Positions 36,798 through 49,643 of a stretch of 64,000 nt of DNA are shown piece after piece (positions within the stretch are counted from its first letter, which is position 1; each line of letters starts with the position of its first letter). Under the pieces are notes generated by a model. That model was not told the origin of the DNA, did no database searches, and saw only the letters and a list, made by a program, of their open reading frames with translations. The DNA comes from Mytilus edulis. Taxonomy: Eukaryota. Made by a program: the position numbers and the translations under genes. The stretch lies in NCBI RefSeq assembly GCF_963676685.1, contig NC_092350.1, positions 25,358,001 to 25,422,000 of the forward strand, read 5' to 3'.

Positions 36798-39700
36798 TAT
36801 ATGTAGGACTCTAAGGTGCGATGGTCACGCTAAAGTGCGATGGACTACGCTAAAGTACGATGGTATACCACGCTAAAGTGCGATGGATCAAAAGAGTAAG
36901 ATTCGAGGAATTTAAACATCGACTTTAAAAAATAGTCTTTTTCCAATTGCTAGTATGCTAAGGTATAACATATGTGATAGGCTTTAGAATTTACCGGTAG
37001 GCTTAAGTGATTGTTTCTAAAAAAATTTCGGAGCATATTGAATATTTGGATAATTGGTGTAATTTGTATAAGCTTTAATTTAGGAAAGACAGTTCGCCAA
37101 GCTTTCTCCCTTTTCGTAGCGAGTACAATACATGTTTTATTTTCCAACAATGTACAGAACAAACTAATGTTTAAACAATTTATAATTTACGCACGAAAAC
37201 ATGTATCTCTGATTTTACCGACGTTACTTTCATTAAAATCGACAGCATTTCAACGGGGATCGCAAAGTAAACTGCCACATAAACAATAATTCAAGTTTCA
37301 ATTTATCCTTTGGCTTCAAATATAAGCAGGGTATGTATGCGTATACTATTTTGTATTAATATCGTAAAATGGTTGACGGTAAGATACAAGTCCTTCTTCT
37401 AGCACTCGAAAAAAAATAAACATTGTGACTCAGTCGACAAAAAACGGTTAAGTTAAAATCAATGACTAGTAACATGAGTAAGTCATGTACATTGGTGTTA
37501 AAGTTGTTTATCAAATATTCCTAATCTATCTTCCGGCAAGATCATTTTCGTTTAACATGTTTATTTTTTAATCATGTAATTTAGAGAAACAGATTCTTAC
37601 AAAGTTACTCGTAGGTTATCGGATTTATCCAATCTCGATAATTAAATCATAAATTTTAAAGTCCTAGCTCGCCGTGTGTGTGTTTTTGTTATGATAAATG
37701 AAAAAAATCTCTTAGGAGTAGATGTTTAAATCCCAATTTGATGGAAGAAAAACAATAATTCAAATTTGAATACTGAATTATAAATAACTATAACAACATC
37801 TGAATTATTAAATTTCGAGTTATCTTTCTTATTCCCTAAAACTATACAACTTTTATGTTGAACATAACCAGAATGAGCGGAGTGAAAAATAGTTGTATGG
37901 TATGCAAGTGTGATTGAACGTGTAATGCCCGAAGAGCTTTATGATTGGGAAGACAATTACAATGAATTTGAATTCTTTTAGTCATTAATTTGTGCCTGGA
38001 ATTCTAGAGATGGATAAATAGTATAGAACACACAGAGAACCGAAACTAAAGCGCAAAATAACGGTACGCAATTCTCCAAAGACTTCATTAAAGGGCACAT
38101 TTCACATATATTGTTGTTGATATAACCGGGCATTATCTAGATAAAAGATGATTACAAATAAATACAAAGCATTCATTACGGGAAACAAAATACACAACGG
38201 AAAAAAACAGCTAATGCGAGAACCATTTGATCCTTAATCTTACAATATCGGACATACTTAATATTGTTCCTCGAAGAAGTTGGTTTCTCATTTGTTCCTC
38301 CAGAAATCTTATAATTTCTTGTATAAAAACTGACCAAATACATTTTTGTTACCATCTAAACATTTAAAATCGTTGCGTCCTTACTTTTTTATACTTACAT
38401 TGAACATGTTCATTAATATGATTGACAACCTTGAGTTTCGCAGTAATGTGTTTCACTCGTCTTAGTTCATATAATAAAAAAGGCCAAACATTTAAAGCAT
38501 GTGCAGAAAATAAAGAGTTTCTTTGGTTATGTCATACCACATTTCAAGGTTATTTCAAAACGGAAAGTTCTTTATCAAATGGTAAAATCAAAAGCTGAAT
38601 TACACCAAACGAAGAGAAAACAACTGTCATATATTCCTGTCTTGGTACAGGCATTTTCGTATGTAGAAAATGGGGATCATACCTGGTTTTATAGCTAGCT
38701 AAACCACTCACTTGCATGGCAGTTGCAATATATTGAAAATATTGTGTGATTAAAAAACCGGACATAATATATAAACATGTCAAAAGTAGGGATACATCGG
38801 TCATCAATGTGTTATAATCTTAACAACTATAACAACGAATAACTATTTCAACAATGAATAATGTACAATCCTTTATACTTCACTTTACATATTGTCATTT
38901 TACAGCTCTTCAACTGTTTTAGTTCCTATACATCCTTGGTTTTCAAACATTCGATTTTGTAACGTGTTTTTTTATAGTTATGATCTCAATGACATAATGA
39001 CAAAGCATATCTGTGTGTGTTACATTTTAATGTTGTGTCGTCATTCTCCTCTTATATTTAATGCGTTTCCCTCGGTTTTGGTTTGTAATCCGGATTTTTT
39101 TTTCTATCGATTTATGACTTTTGAACATCGGGATATTACTGTTGCCTTTATTTATATAGGGATTTTCAGATAGATTATATCAAAATATATAATTCTTCTT
39201 TTTTTTCATTTTTTTTTTTTAGAAAAGTAGAAGTAATTGGATTAAAGCTGCGATTAGGCAAAACACACATAGTCTTGATCAAACGGTTAATGTAAGTAGA
39301 CGATGGGATATTCAACAAATATAGAATAAACATGAATACAAGTAGACCCAGCGAAACAACTACGCGACGACATATTTACCGAAACATGGTAAAAAACAGT
39401 TTTCAACAATAGATAGTTGTCTAAACAATACGTCAAGAAAAAAGCAGTCCCGAGTCTCAAAACGTTGTGAAAAATTAACATTGCAAACTCTCTGATCGGT
39501 AAATATATACAAATAACAATGAACATATAATTTATGATGATATATGACACTAGACAAACACTGAGCTATCTGCTATGTTTTACCTCTACTTTTGATTAAG
39601 ATGAATAACTGACAAAAAGATCCTGAAGTATAAAAAAAATAGTGCATTCAAATCATAAGTAGTGTTTCTGAAATTAATTTCAGAGACATTCAGATACACT

Positions 39701-39894
39701 ACAATTTCTAGTTTAATTTGTTAGAAAACAAACACCAATCTCTTTTTTATGATAAACAAAGAAATTAATAAACATTCGGATAAAAACAACTTGCATACAT
39801 AATTTCTAAGAATAGACATAACAGAGAGACACACTCAAAGTGGAAGAAATGGTTCACTACTTTTGTTATGTATTTTTTCAGAATTTATTTGGAC

Positions 39895-39955
39895 ATGGAA
39901 TCATTTCTATTGTTATTATTGGTCCTAACATCAACAATAGAATGTGGAACTGAAA
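39895..39955 (+). CDS. Ig-superfamily type-I membrane protein A, exon 1 (signal peptide MESFLLLLLVLTSTIECGTE)
   Basis: Upstream ttttttcag acceptor, hydrophobic leader, gtgagt donor in phase 1; the six exons sum to 957 nt = 318 aa plus stop. Confidence 0.8.
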
Positions 39956-40322
39956 GTGAGTTATTTGCTTAAAAACAGCATTGCGAAATTTCCCGTCATT
40001 ATTTACTATAAAGTGACACATTGCACATAAAACACCGAAGATCAAGAAATTCTGCAAGTAAAGTTTTATAATCACAATTATGGACCAAAATATACATCTA
40101 TTTTCTTCCAATAGTATCTGATAATGACTAAGAAAAATTACATAAGAGCACTTCAACTTATGAACAATACATCAATAATAAGGGCCAAGTTTTGTATACT
40201 GGTATATTGTGCAATTTCATAATTTATTATCCTATTTATATATGAATGATTCAGATATCTTCAACTAATTCTTGTTTTACTTCAACAAAAGATGAGATGC
40301 ATTGGACATTTTTCATTCACAG

Positions 40323-40631
40323 TTAGTTGGAACTTATTAACCAGACCAGTCTATTTCGGAAACGATGTTTTGATGTCATGCTATAGACCGTACTTCAAAG
40401 GAGGAATGTATTTTGCATGGACAGATAAAACGGAAAACTATATTGGCAGAGGAAATATATCTTCTAATAATATTAAATATGAAGTAAAACTAGATTATAC
40501 ACAAACAGGCATAAACTATACATTGACAATCAAATCATTTGACAGCGATGATGTCAATACCACCTACAGATGTTACATGGGTTTTGAGAGTTATTTGGCT
40601 AATTTGGTAGAAAAGAATACCACATTTTTAT
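40323..40631 (+). CDS. IgSF protein A, exon 2 (V-type Ig domain)
   Basis: GNDVLMSC...FAW...YTLTIKSFDSDDVNTTYRC; phase 1-1 AG/GT. Confidence 0.88.
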
Positions 40632-41136
40632 GTAAGTTTAACAATACGTACACATTGCAATCGTGAGATGAAAGATGTTATTCGAAAAAAATATTTAAAT
40701 TGAATAGATATTTTTTAACCAGTTTTGGTGGGATTCGTGTTGCTTAGTCTTTAGTTTTCTTTGTTTTGTCTTCTTTACTATTATTTGTCTGTTTGTCTTT
40801 TTATTTTTAGCCGTCGCGTTGTCAGTTTATTTTCAATCTATTTTCAATGAGTTTGACTGTCCCTCTGGTTTCTTTCGTCCCACTTTTAATTAAGGATATC
40901 TAAGATAAAACAAAAACAGATTTGCAAATAATACTCTAAAGCGTTATACTTTACAGTACTGTAATACCATAAGAGTCTTCCCAGTGTCATTTTATCTTAA
41001 AAAGAAACAAATATGCAACATGACTGATTACCTAATTGATCTGCGATTATTTTGATAAAACAGCAAATAAAAGACAAAATGACAACATTTACAAATAGAC
41101 AGTATATATTGAACAGTATTGCAAGTTCTTTTTCAG

Positions 41137-41249
41137 ATTTACCAAGATCTGGAGATATATCATATTTTGACAGAGCCGAAAAGCATAATATGTTACAAGT
41201 TGTGATATGGAAAGCGTATCCAAAACCTGCATGCCATATTTTTGTTAGG
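41137..41249 (+). CDS. IgSF protein A, exon 3 (first half of second extracellular domain, ...KAYPKPAC...)
   Basis: tttttcag and gtgagt boundaries, phase 1-0, open frame. Confidence 0.8.
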
Positions 41250-41816
41250 GTGAGTAAATTACTCAAACGAATTTTAACAGAGATAGGTGTAATACTTGAG
41301 CATGCCAAAGTTGATATTTGTTATTGCCAATTTACAATGTTAATGTGCAATAAATAAAAAAGTGTACTGAGTACATGAATCCTATATATATATACGTTGT
41401 TACACAAGCACTAACAACCTCTTTATGAGAACATGCATTTAATATTGAAATACTAGTAGCAATGTTTGAACAGTAAAATGTGAAAGTATTACATAAACAT
41501 GTAAAACACAATAGGTCATCTACAATAAGTGGTTTTTCGATTCTATTGTTACCAGATGTAAAATTAAACAAAAGACAACACTTGCACCATTGCAATATCT
41601 AACTGCAACTTGTCAATCAAATTAACAACGTTTAATTATATAGAGATCGGTTTCTATAATGATAAAAAGTTTTTAAAAAACCACACTATTCGACATTATG
41701 AAAATAACTTAAGCCGGGTTCATAGGATATAAAAAGAAATTTACCGACATACATTTAAACTAAATCAAATTGAATAATTACAAAGACAATCATACATAAT
41801 CTTTGTTAATTTCCAG

Positions 41817-41997
41817 AATTCAAGAATAGAAGACAGTTATAACTCCACGTACGAGAGAGTGTCTGTATTCTACAAAGTAACATTGAGTTTCTCCTACGAT
41901 ATTCTAAGCAAATACTGTGATAAAATTCTGTTGATCACCTGTGATATTGGTACGACTGCATTTAATTTTACCCATGATATCCCAATACATTGTGAAG
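41817..41997 (+). CDS. IgSF protein A, exon 4 (NSRIEDSYN...YCDKILLITCDIG...HCE)
   Basis: ttccag and gtatgt boundaries, phase 0-1, open frame; absent from the ORF track. Confidence 0.8.
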
Positions 41998-42228
41998 GTA
42001 TGTTTTCATAATTTGTTTGTTGATATTATTTTGCTATGTCATTATTTCATTTTTCAATATGATTGAACTGTTTACAAACGTGTACATAATTAGTTCACTA
42101 ATTTTTAATTTCATTGCATTTGTTGATGGGTTTGTTTTGAGGCTTCATTCGCAATGATTATTGAATTGCCCAAATTTTTTCTATGCTATTCTTTAAAATG
42201 TACAAATTTTGTAAATTTACTTTATTAG

Positions 42229-42333
42229 AAACGAAGGATCTGGCACATTCAACACATGCATTAATGTTATGTCTGATACTGGGAATCACCGTTCTACTGA
42301 CTTTGATATTGCTTTTTGCATTTAAAAGGAAGG
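42229..42333 (+). CDS. IgSF protein A, exon 5 (transmembrane helix plus KRK stop-transfer)
   Basis: ALMLCLILGITVLLTLILLFAFKRK; tttattag and gtaagt boundaries. Confidence 0.85.
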
Positions 42334-43129
42334 GTAAGTTTTTATTTTTATTTTTCTTTTATAATAGTTTCTTAAAAATCAAAGGAAAAAAATAATTGCA
42401 CACTGTGCTGCGTGTTAAAAAAAACATAACTGTACCTTTCATTTTAACTGTTTTATTGCAGGGCTTCAATTAAGCTATGCAAATAGACGAATGCAGACAA
42501 TTTCTGTTTGATAAGACATTTGTATATCTGACTATAACATGTATAACAAATCCGTTTCACGTAATCATAGCTAAACAGCCAAAAAAAGGTTTTAACAAAT
42601 TTCATGGACATAACAGTTAATGATTACTTTGTTCAGGTACCTAATAATCAGTAGTTTTTCTTAATGATGTCTAATCGAGTGTAAAAAAAAATGATAAAGC
42701 TATACCGATTTAAAATTCATAATAGAATAATATAACCATATCAACAATATTTTATTTTCACCCAACACAATCCACATGCTGGACAAAGAATGTAAAGCAG
42801 CTATTAAACCCATGATAGATTTTTTTCCCAGATTAAAAGAAAATGCCTATTCTCTAAACATCAATAAGTATTTTCACACTAATTTATACTAATAATCAAG
42901 TTTTGTTGATCAGACTCTCCCCAATCGCTACACCAATTGATAACTATAAAGCTCATGAACATCCAAATCCATTTTTATTCATTGATATATTCCAATGAGG
43001 CGAAAATCAAATGAGTAAGCATCAAAATATGTATGGACACTTCTTTTAATTTGTTAAACAATAACAACTGTTAAACCAACGCCAGACAGGTCACTTTTAT
43101 GCAGGTTTATGATAATATACTCATTACAG

Positions 43130-43317
43130 GTGTACTGTGTTGGAAAGGAGGTGAACATAACCCTGGAAATGATAAAGAATCAACTTCTAATGGAACTGTG
43201 CAGTGTGTAAATAGTGGCCTTCTAACAGTAGATGACCATAACCCTGGACATGACGAAGAATCATCTACTAATGGAAATGTGCATGCAAATAATAGCCTTC
43301 TTAACAATCCCGATTGA
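43130..43317 (+). CDS. IgSF protein A, exon 6 (cytoplasmic tail with a 27-aa internal duplication)
   Basis: attacag acceptor, phase-compatible, ends at TGA; cataaccctgga repeated 81 nt apart. Confidence 0.75.
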
Positions 43318-44984
43318 TACCAAGCATGCTCTTGATTGACGAAAAAGATGTATCCACTTATAACATTAAGTAAATGGTATATTGATATGAATGTGAATAT
43401 CATTACAAATATGATAACTCAAGACTTGGTTGTTGTGGTGTATATTTTTCTTTATGTTATTGTTTAATTTCCAATCAATATGTGATACAATAGGAAACTT
43501 GAGTTCATTGTTATTATCATTATTACTTCTTAAAGAATTGTCTTCAAAATGAAAACTCAAAATTGTTTGCATTCTAGTTTTGTGTGATGTACATTTAATT
43601 TCAACCAATTGACTTTTATTATTTAAATGAGCGGGCATTACTGTAGTATTTTATAAAGTTATTCATTATATTTTTTAATTACATTTTGTTTTGTAAATGA
43701 TGAAACTTTTCTTTTGCTCATACATGACTTTATATTGTTATTTTTATATTTCAATGTGCTGTAGTGTTTTGTAGTGTTATGGTACCAATTAAGATGTATC
43801 ATCGGGATTTTCTGTCATATATATGATTCACAAGCTAGGTGCTATTAATTATATCCAATGTATTTCTGATCGTGAAATTTATTTGTAGAGGTTTTACAAC
43901 TATTTTTTTTTCTTTCTCATACCTCTTTAGTAAATATGTACTTCAAAAAGCAACTTATACAGTATGAGGTAGAGTTTATGATCTGAACAGCCAGTTAACT
44001 GTCATGAGCATTACCATTTAATCCGATACAAACGAAAAACTCTTGTCCAAAATAAAGGCAACAGTAGTAAACCGACGTTCAAAACTCATAAATCTATGGA
44101 CAAAAAACAAAATCGGGGTAACAAACTAAAACTGAGGGAAACGCATTAAATATAAGAGGAGAACAACGACACAACATTGAAATGTAACACACACAGAAAC
44201 GGACTAAGCATTAGACAAAATCCTATGAGAATAACAAATATGTTCTCCATTTTTATTCAAATTATGTTGTAGGGAATAATGAATACATTGTTATAAATTT
44301 TCAAACATAAATAATCAATAACAAATTGTTCATTGCGTCCTATGTTGATTAACCCAATAAGGGGTAATGAGTGAATGAATTGATCTTGGCAGCAATTAAT
44401 CATTAGTTATATTTATCTTAATTTAATGTATACTTTACTAAGTTGTATTTATTTTTCATAAATGTGTATAGATGTTGTCTACACAAATTTCCCACTTTAT
44501 AAAGTTACAAGTTAAAATGGCTATAGAATTACGTAGGACAATCGTGAAGTTGTTTGTTGGGCAATTAAGAAGTTTTGAATGTTATACAATTTGACATTGT
44601 TATGAAAGTTTTTATTTGTCTGTATGATTGCGTAGTAGATAATTACAGGCAATTAATAAAAGAAACGTACCACATTTGTTTGAAATAAACATTGAAAATT
44701 GATATTTACATATTTGTTTTTTATTTCACATATATTTTTAAAATACAATTCACATCCAATATAATATTGACATGCCATAACATATAAACAGACCGCTTCT
44801 CAATTCTCCATAGGAAACATATGTTAGTAAATAACATACAAGGTACACTTGTTACACATTCCATAGCAACAAAACACAACTCATTATTTAGTTGCTACAA
44901 TTCCAACTATGAAGCAATGTTATCATACTGTATCACACCGACTTTCTCATTCTTCAGAGGTTGCTTGGGATTCTCCATTCATTC

Positions 44985-45150
44985 GATGCCACTGCTGGTG
45001 GAATTTTAATTCCCTGAGGGTATCAACGGCCCAGTAGTCAGCACTTCTGTGTTGACGAGTTATCATTGATATGTTCATAATTATAAATTAACTGTAACAA
45101 AATTGGAATTTTTAGATACTAAGGCTTTTATTCCTCGGGAATAGATTACA
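44985..45150 (+). mobile_element. Retrozyme-like repeat fragment lacking the hammerhead
   Basis: tcgatgccactgctggtgga...cccagtagtcagcacttctgtgttgac...gaatagattac matches the array unit. Confidence 0.7.
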
Positions 45151-45519
45151 TTATGCAGAACTATAACATGTAAAAAAAGAGGGAAATTGGGACTTAAACT
45201 TGAAAAACATTGAAATTAATGATGTGTTTTTAAATTTAATACAAAATGAAAGCCAGTTTCAAAATGAAATGTTTCTTGCCTTTATTTTGCATACATTTTC
45301 TAACACCAGCATTCAATGCTACAATAAAATGAAACATTCATCCATAGGCACGCACGTGCTTATGACAACAATGTAAAGACCAAACAAAACCCGAAATGCT
45401 TCATTTAATTATTTGTTTTAGAGTGATATCAGAAAATGTAATTGTAAGTAATGAAGCGTCTTGGGCTGTAAAAGCGTTGATCGTACGCGAGTATACAGAT
45501 GCAGCTAAGTAATATCTAA

Positions 45520-46152
45520 TATCTTGACTTACATATAGAAATTGACAATTACGGTCGGTTGAAAACAAAGTTTTGCAACAAAAGAGATGATTTCAGCTTC
45601 CCAATTGTGCACCTTCTATTTCTATATAACAAAGTTCGAGCAGCGCCTTCAAACGGAGTATATATCTCCCAATTGATACGATATTCCCGGGCTTGTCTTT
45701 CCTATCATGATTTCCTTGATAGAGGTTTGCTGCTCACAAGAAAGCTATTAAACCAAGAGTTCCAAATTATTAAGTTCAAATCTTCCCTTCGTAAATTTTA
45801 CGGACGCCATCACGAGTTGATTGACCGTTATGGAATAACGTTTCGCAGATGATATCGGATATGTTCCTTATGCCGTAATTACTATCCCCTACCCTTTTCA
45901 CGAATGTGACCTACCGAATCAGACTGTACCAATTTCATGAGCAACACTACGGATGCTACATGTGGAGCAGGATCTGCTTAACCTTCCGGAGCACACCCTT
46001 GTTTTATGGTGTTCGTGTTGCTTAGTCTATAGATTTCTATTGTGTGTCTTGTATACTATTATTTGTTTGGTTGTCTTTTTCTGTTTTAACCTTGGCGATG
46101 TCAGGTTTTTTTTATCTTTGAGTTTGACTGTCTGGTATCTTTCGTCCCTCTT
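45520..46152 (+). mobile_element. Second Penelope-like RT 3' fragment (degenerate)
   Basis: KRDDFSFPIV...GVYISQLIRYSRAC...LLTRKLLNQEF...RKFYGRHHELIDRY; same family type as 19614-20120. Confidence 0.8.
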
Positions 46153-47191
46153 TGGTATGCGGCTTTCTGCATGAAAAACATCTTTTGTTTGGAGTACATT
46201 TTCCTGTAATTATATATCAACTTGATGTTAGTCTATTTGAATATACTTCACCTCGACACAGTAGCCTTTCACTTTTTTTTTTTATTTGTGGTTGCCAACC
46301 TTAAACATAATTTAAACCAGAAAAGACCCAGCCAAAATAGTTGAAGATAATCTTTATGTTCAATACATAAACTGATTGTGTTTAATCTTGCAAGTAACGA
46401 CGCATTTTATGCTAAGGAAATTAAACAATCAATAATAACAGTACACCGGCTTAGACAACGACCAAGCGATATGATAGTTTCGCGCATGAAATAAATACCA
46501 TAAATACTCCTCTAATTCTTGAACAAAAATGCGTTAAGATTAAACGGTTTGGAATGCAATAAATTCGCTTTTTTATTTTTCTAAGGAAATTTCAGTTATC
46601 CGTGATTTAACATAACTTGACATATGTTTTGTTTCCATTATTCATTTTTATCAAAATGTCACAACATGTCACATGTGTCACAAATAAACAACTACGATTT
46701 AAATTAATAATCAATCACGATTTGACGTTCGGCGGACGTAAGATTTTTGATTGTCGCACGAACTTTTCAGCCTTGAATCTCCCAAACATCAATGATTTAA
46801 AAATTTCGAAAAAAAAGTCGTAATTTTCGCAAAACACATTTAAGAGGAACATTTTATTCCAAAAACTAGACATGTGTTTATACTATATATCTATCAAATC
46901 GCGCTGACTTTACAGATTTAACACTATTAAATAATCCTGGTACCTTTGATAATTTTTGGCTTATTTTGAGACGAAATATACATATTTAAGAATGTCTTAT
47001 GCATGAATAAATCATAGTAAAATGCACCAAAGCACTCCAAATTTCATAAGATTCAAGACGGACAAAAATACTAAAATATAAGTAAAAAACAACTTCTGAT
47101 AACTTGAAGGTTGTCCATGTTTGGCAATACTTTAGGTTTGCTTGTCAACATCTTTATCAGATTTGAAATTTTCGTGTATTTTGGCCTCGAA

Positions 47192-47233
47192 CATCACTGA
47201 AGAAACATTAATTGTCAAAATGCACGTCTGATG
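47192..47233 (+). ncRNA. Degenerate hammerhead motif of a second sequence family
   Basis: CATCA-CTGAAGA-aACA ttaat TGTc-aAAA-tgcacg-TC-TGATG; stem I differs in sequence but still pairs. Confidence 0.5.
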
Positions 47234-48393
47234 CATTACAGTTTGTACCGTGTATGTTATTCATGCATTAAAACATGTACCTAGTTTTAAACTGTAGTGA
47301 ACTATTCCAGAGTTGCTATCTAGGTAGGGTTAAAATGGGATATTTTATACAATTGTTCAATTGCTTACATCCGGCTTTTAGCAATATTTTAAAACTATAT
47401 GTTTTTTTTATAACAATAGGAATGTCCGTGTATGGTTCTAGGGGAAAGAGATTAAATTGAAAATGAAGGTCAGAATAAAATGAATTACAGTTTCCTGTTA
47501 GTTTTGAATTTTATCATATTTGCACTTTATTCTTGGAAAGAGGAAGTTAATATCATACCTGCGATATAGAGTAAGTGATAATGTATAATCATGTAAATTC
47601 CCCTAACTTTATAAGTTTTGACAATTTACTCTTAGTTACCCTTAAACTAGTTGCATGTGCATTAATTTACCCAGGTTGTACTTAAATAAAAAGAAATTAT
47701 TTGGTTTGTTGATGATTCTTTTTGCTTATTGAGCTCTATGAAAAGAAAAAGGTTCTGGTGTTTTGCTGATCTTTAAAGAAAATAGTTTCACAAGAATATC
47801 TATCTGATTAGTAAGAAATGTCTTTCAAACTGATGTTTTGTGTCAATTGATAAATGTCGATTTGTTATGATTTTCACGAATGAAGAATATGACAACAAAG
47901 AAAAACAAAATATGAAAACCTTAAAGAGAATTAGGTGTAAGATTTTTCGTAATTATATAAATGCATTTACTTTTTTTTTCGAATTTGAGTTGCCTCAGTC
48001 TGACACTTCTTCTACATTATCGAGGTCAGGTTTTATGTAAATAGAAAATCAAGTCAAGCAGTATGATTAACCATGCAGTCGGATGCCTTGATATGAGTTT
48101 TTCTAATTCGATTATCGGTAACCATGATTGACGACTAGTCTTTAATTCTTCAAAACCTCTAGAAATAGCAAATAGAAATTTAACATGAAGTGTTTAAAAA
48201 TCAAAAGATTGTCCCGCTGTATTGAAGACACTACATTTTATTTGTAATTTGAGAAAGAAAAAAAACGTACATGTACGTGTGGTGAGACTTTTTAAATTAT
48301 TTTCCAATTAAGCCTATAACTTTGTTCATTTGTATTCTTTAAAATGTGTTTATTGCTATTTTCTCATAGTTAAATGGATTTGTTATAATTGTC

Positions 48394-48457
48394 ATGGTGT
48401 GTCATCGTGGAACCATTCTAATAATACTGATCAACGTATTACTAGTCCGATCTGAAG
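48394..48457 (+). CDS. Multi-Ig type-I membrane protein B, exon 1 (signal peptide MVCHRGTILIILINVLLVRSE-G)
   Basis: Hydrophobic leader; G|gtaaat phase-1 donor compatible with the exon at 51360. Confidence 0.7.
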
Positions 48458-48661
48458 GTAAATTTAAAACCACGTTATTTTTACCTACTAACGGCTAATC
48501 TTCTAGAAAACTATTTAAAATAAGAAAACAATCATTTATATATTATATAGATGTTTTTATTTAAACGAGTTAGAGTTTGGCCTGGGTCGATGCTACTGAA
48601 AGTTGAGATCCCCCCCCCCCCCCCCCGAGGGTTTCACTAGCTTGGTGAGAGGTATTGACAA

Positions 48662-49643
48662 CCCTTATGAAATTTAAAATGTTGCTGCAGCATTGCCGCA
48701 GCGTTGCGGCTTTAAAGCTGCAACCTAATCAGGTTGCCAGAGGATTGTTGCCGGAGTAGTGCCGGATGATGCTGCTAGCGGCATTGTTCTGGCATCATTG
48801 CGACACTAATTCCTTTCAAAATTAATGAGCACCACAATATAGCCAGAAAATTTGATGATGTCATTTCCTGCGTTTTTAGCTATTCCCTGTACTAGTGTGT
48901 TAGAAATCCACCATGTTGCTTGTGATTATAATTGTATTGAAGAATTTGGTGTTCTAGCTGGGGTTTTTTTTGGAAGATTTGAAGACTTGTAAGTAAACTC
49001 ATATCAAGTAATTGCATGTATAGAAAAGATCAATCTTGGTGTATTTCAATAACATGGCCTCATCTGAGTTCACTGTACATGTATCGGTGAAGTTTGTGTT
49101 GGTTTTTTTTTTGCAGCAGTTTAATTGCATACTTGTAGTTTGGTAAATAACACAATATTATTTGCTAAACTTAGGGCACATTAAAAATTTTCATTATTTT
49201 TTATGCAGATACCGCTGACATTTATTTTATGTGCCTGTGCATACAAATTTATAATGCATGAATGCATGTCATATATATGCATTGACAACTTGTTTTTGCC
49301 GGCACAATACATTTTATACAAATCACGGCCTATTCGAATGTTTTGTCACTAAAATGATGTAATAATATAGCCGTATTAGCGCCGCAACAGCGCCACAATC
49401 ATAATGCCAGAAAACTAATTTGCATACGAAATACGCTATAGCCGCATCAGTGCCGCAACCTGATGCCAGAATATTGCCGCAACGGTGCCAGAATATAGCC
49501 GCAATTATGGTGCCAGAAAACTAATTTGCATACGAAATATGCTATCGCTGCATCGAAGCCGCAACAGTTTGCAGCAACAAAGACGCAGCATATCCATACT
49601 GCTGCCGCAACTATGTGCCAGAGGGCTTATATTTCCATAAGGG
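48662..49643. mobile_element. Non-autonomous DNA transposon with CCC termini and 2-bp TSD (CMC/EnSpm-like), inserted in a retrozyme-like repeat
   Basis: cccttatgaaatttaa ... ttatatttccataaggg flanked by aa/aa; GC-rich subterminal tgccgca/tgccag motifs; host repeat continues on both sides (48580-48661, 49644-49985). Confidence 0.7.
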
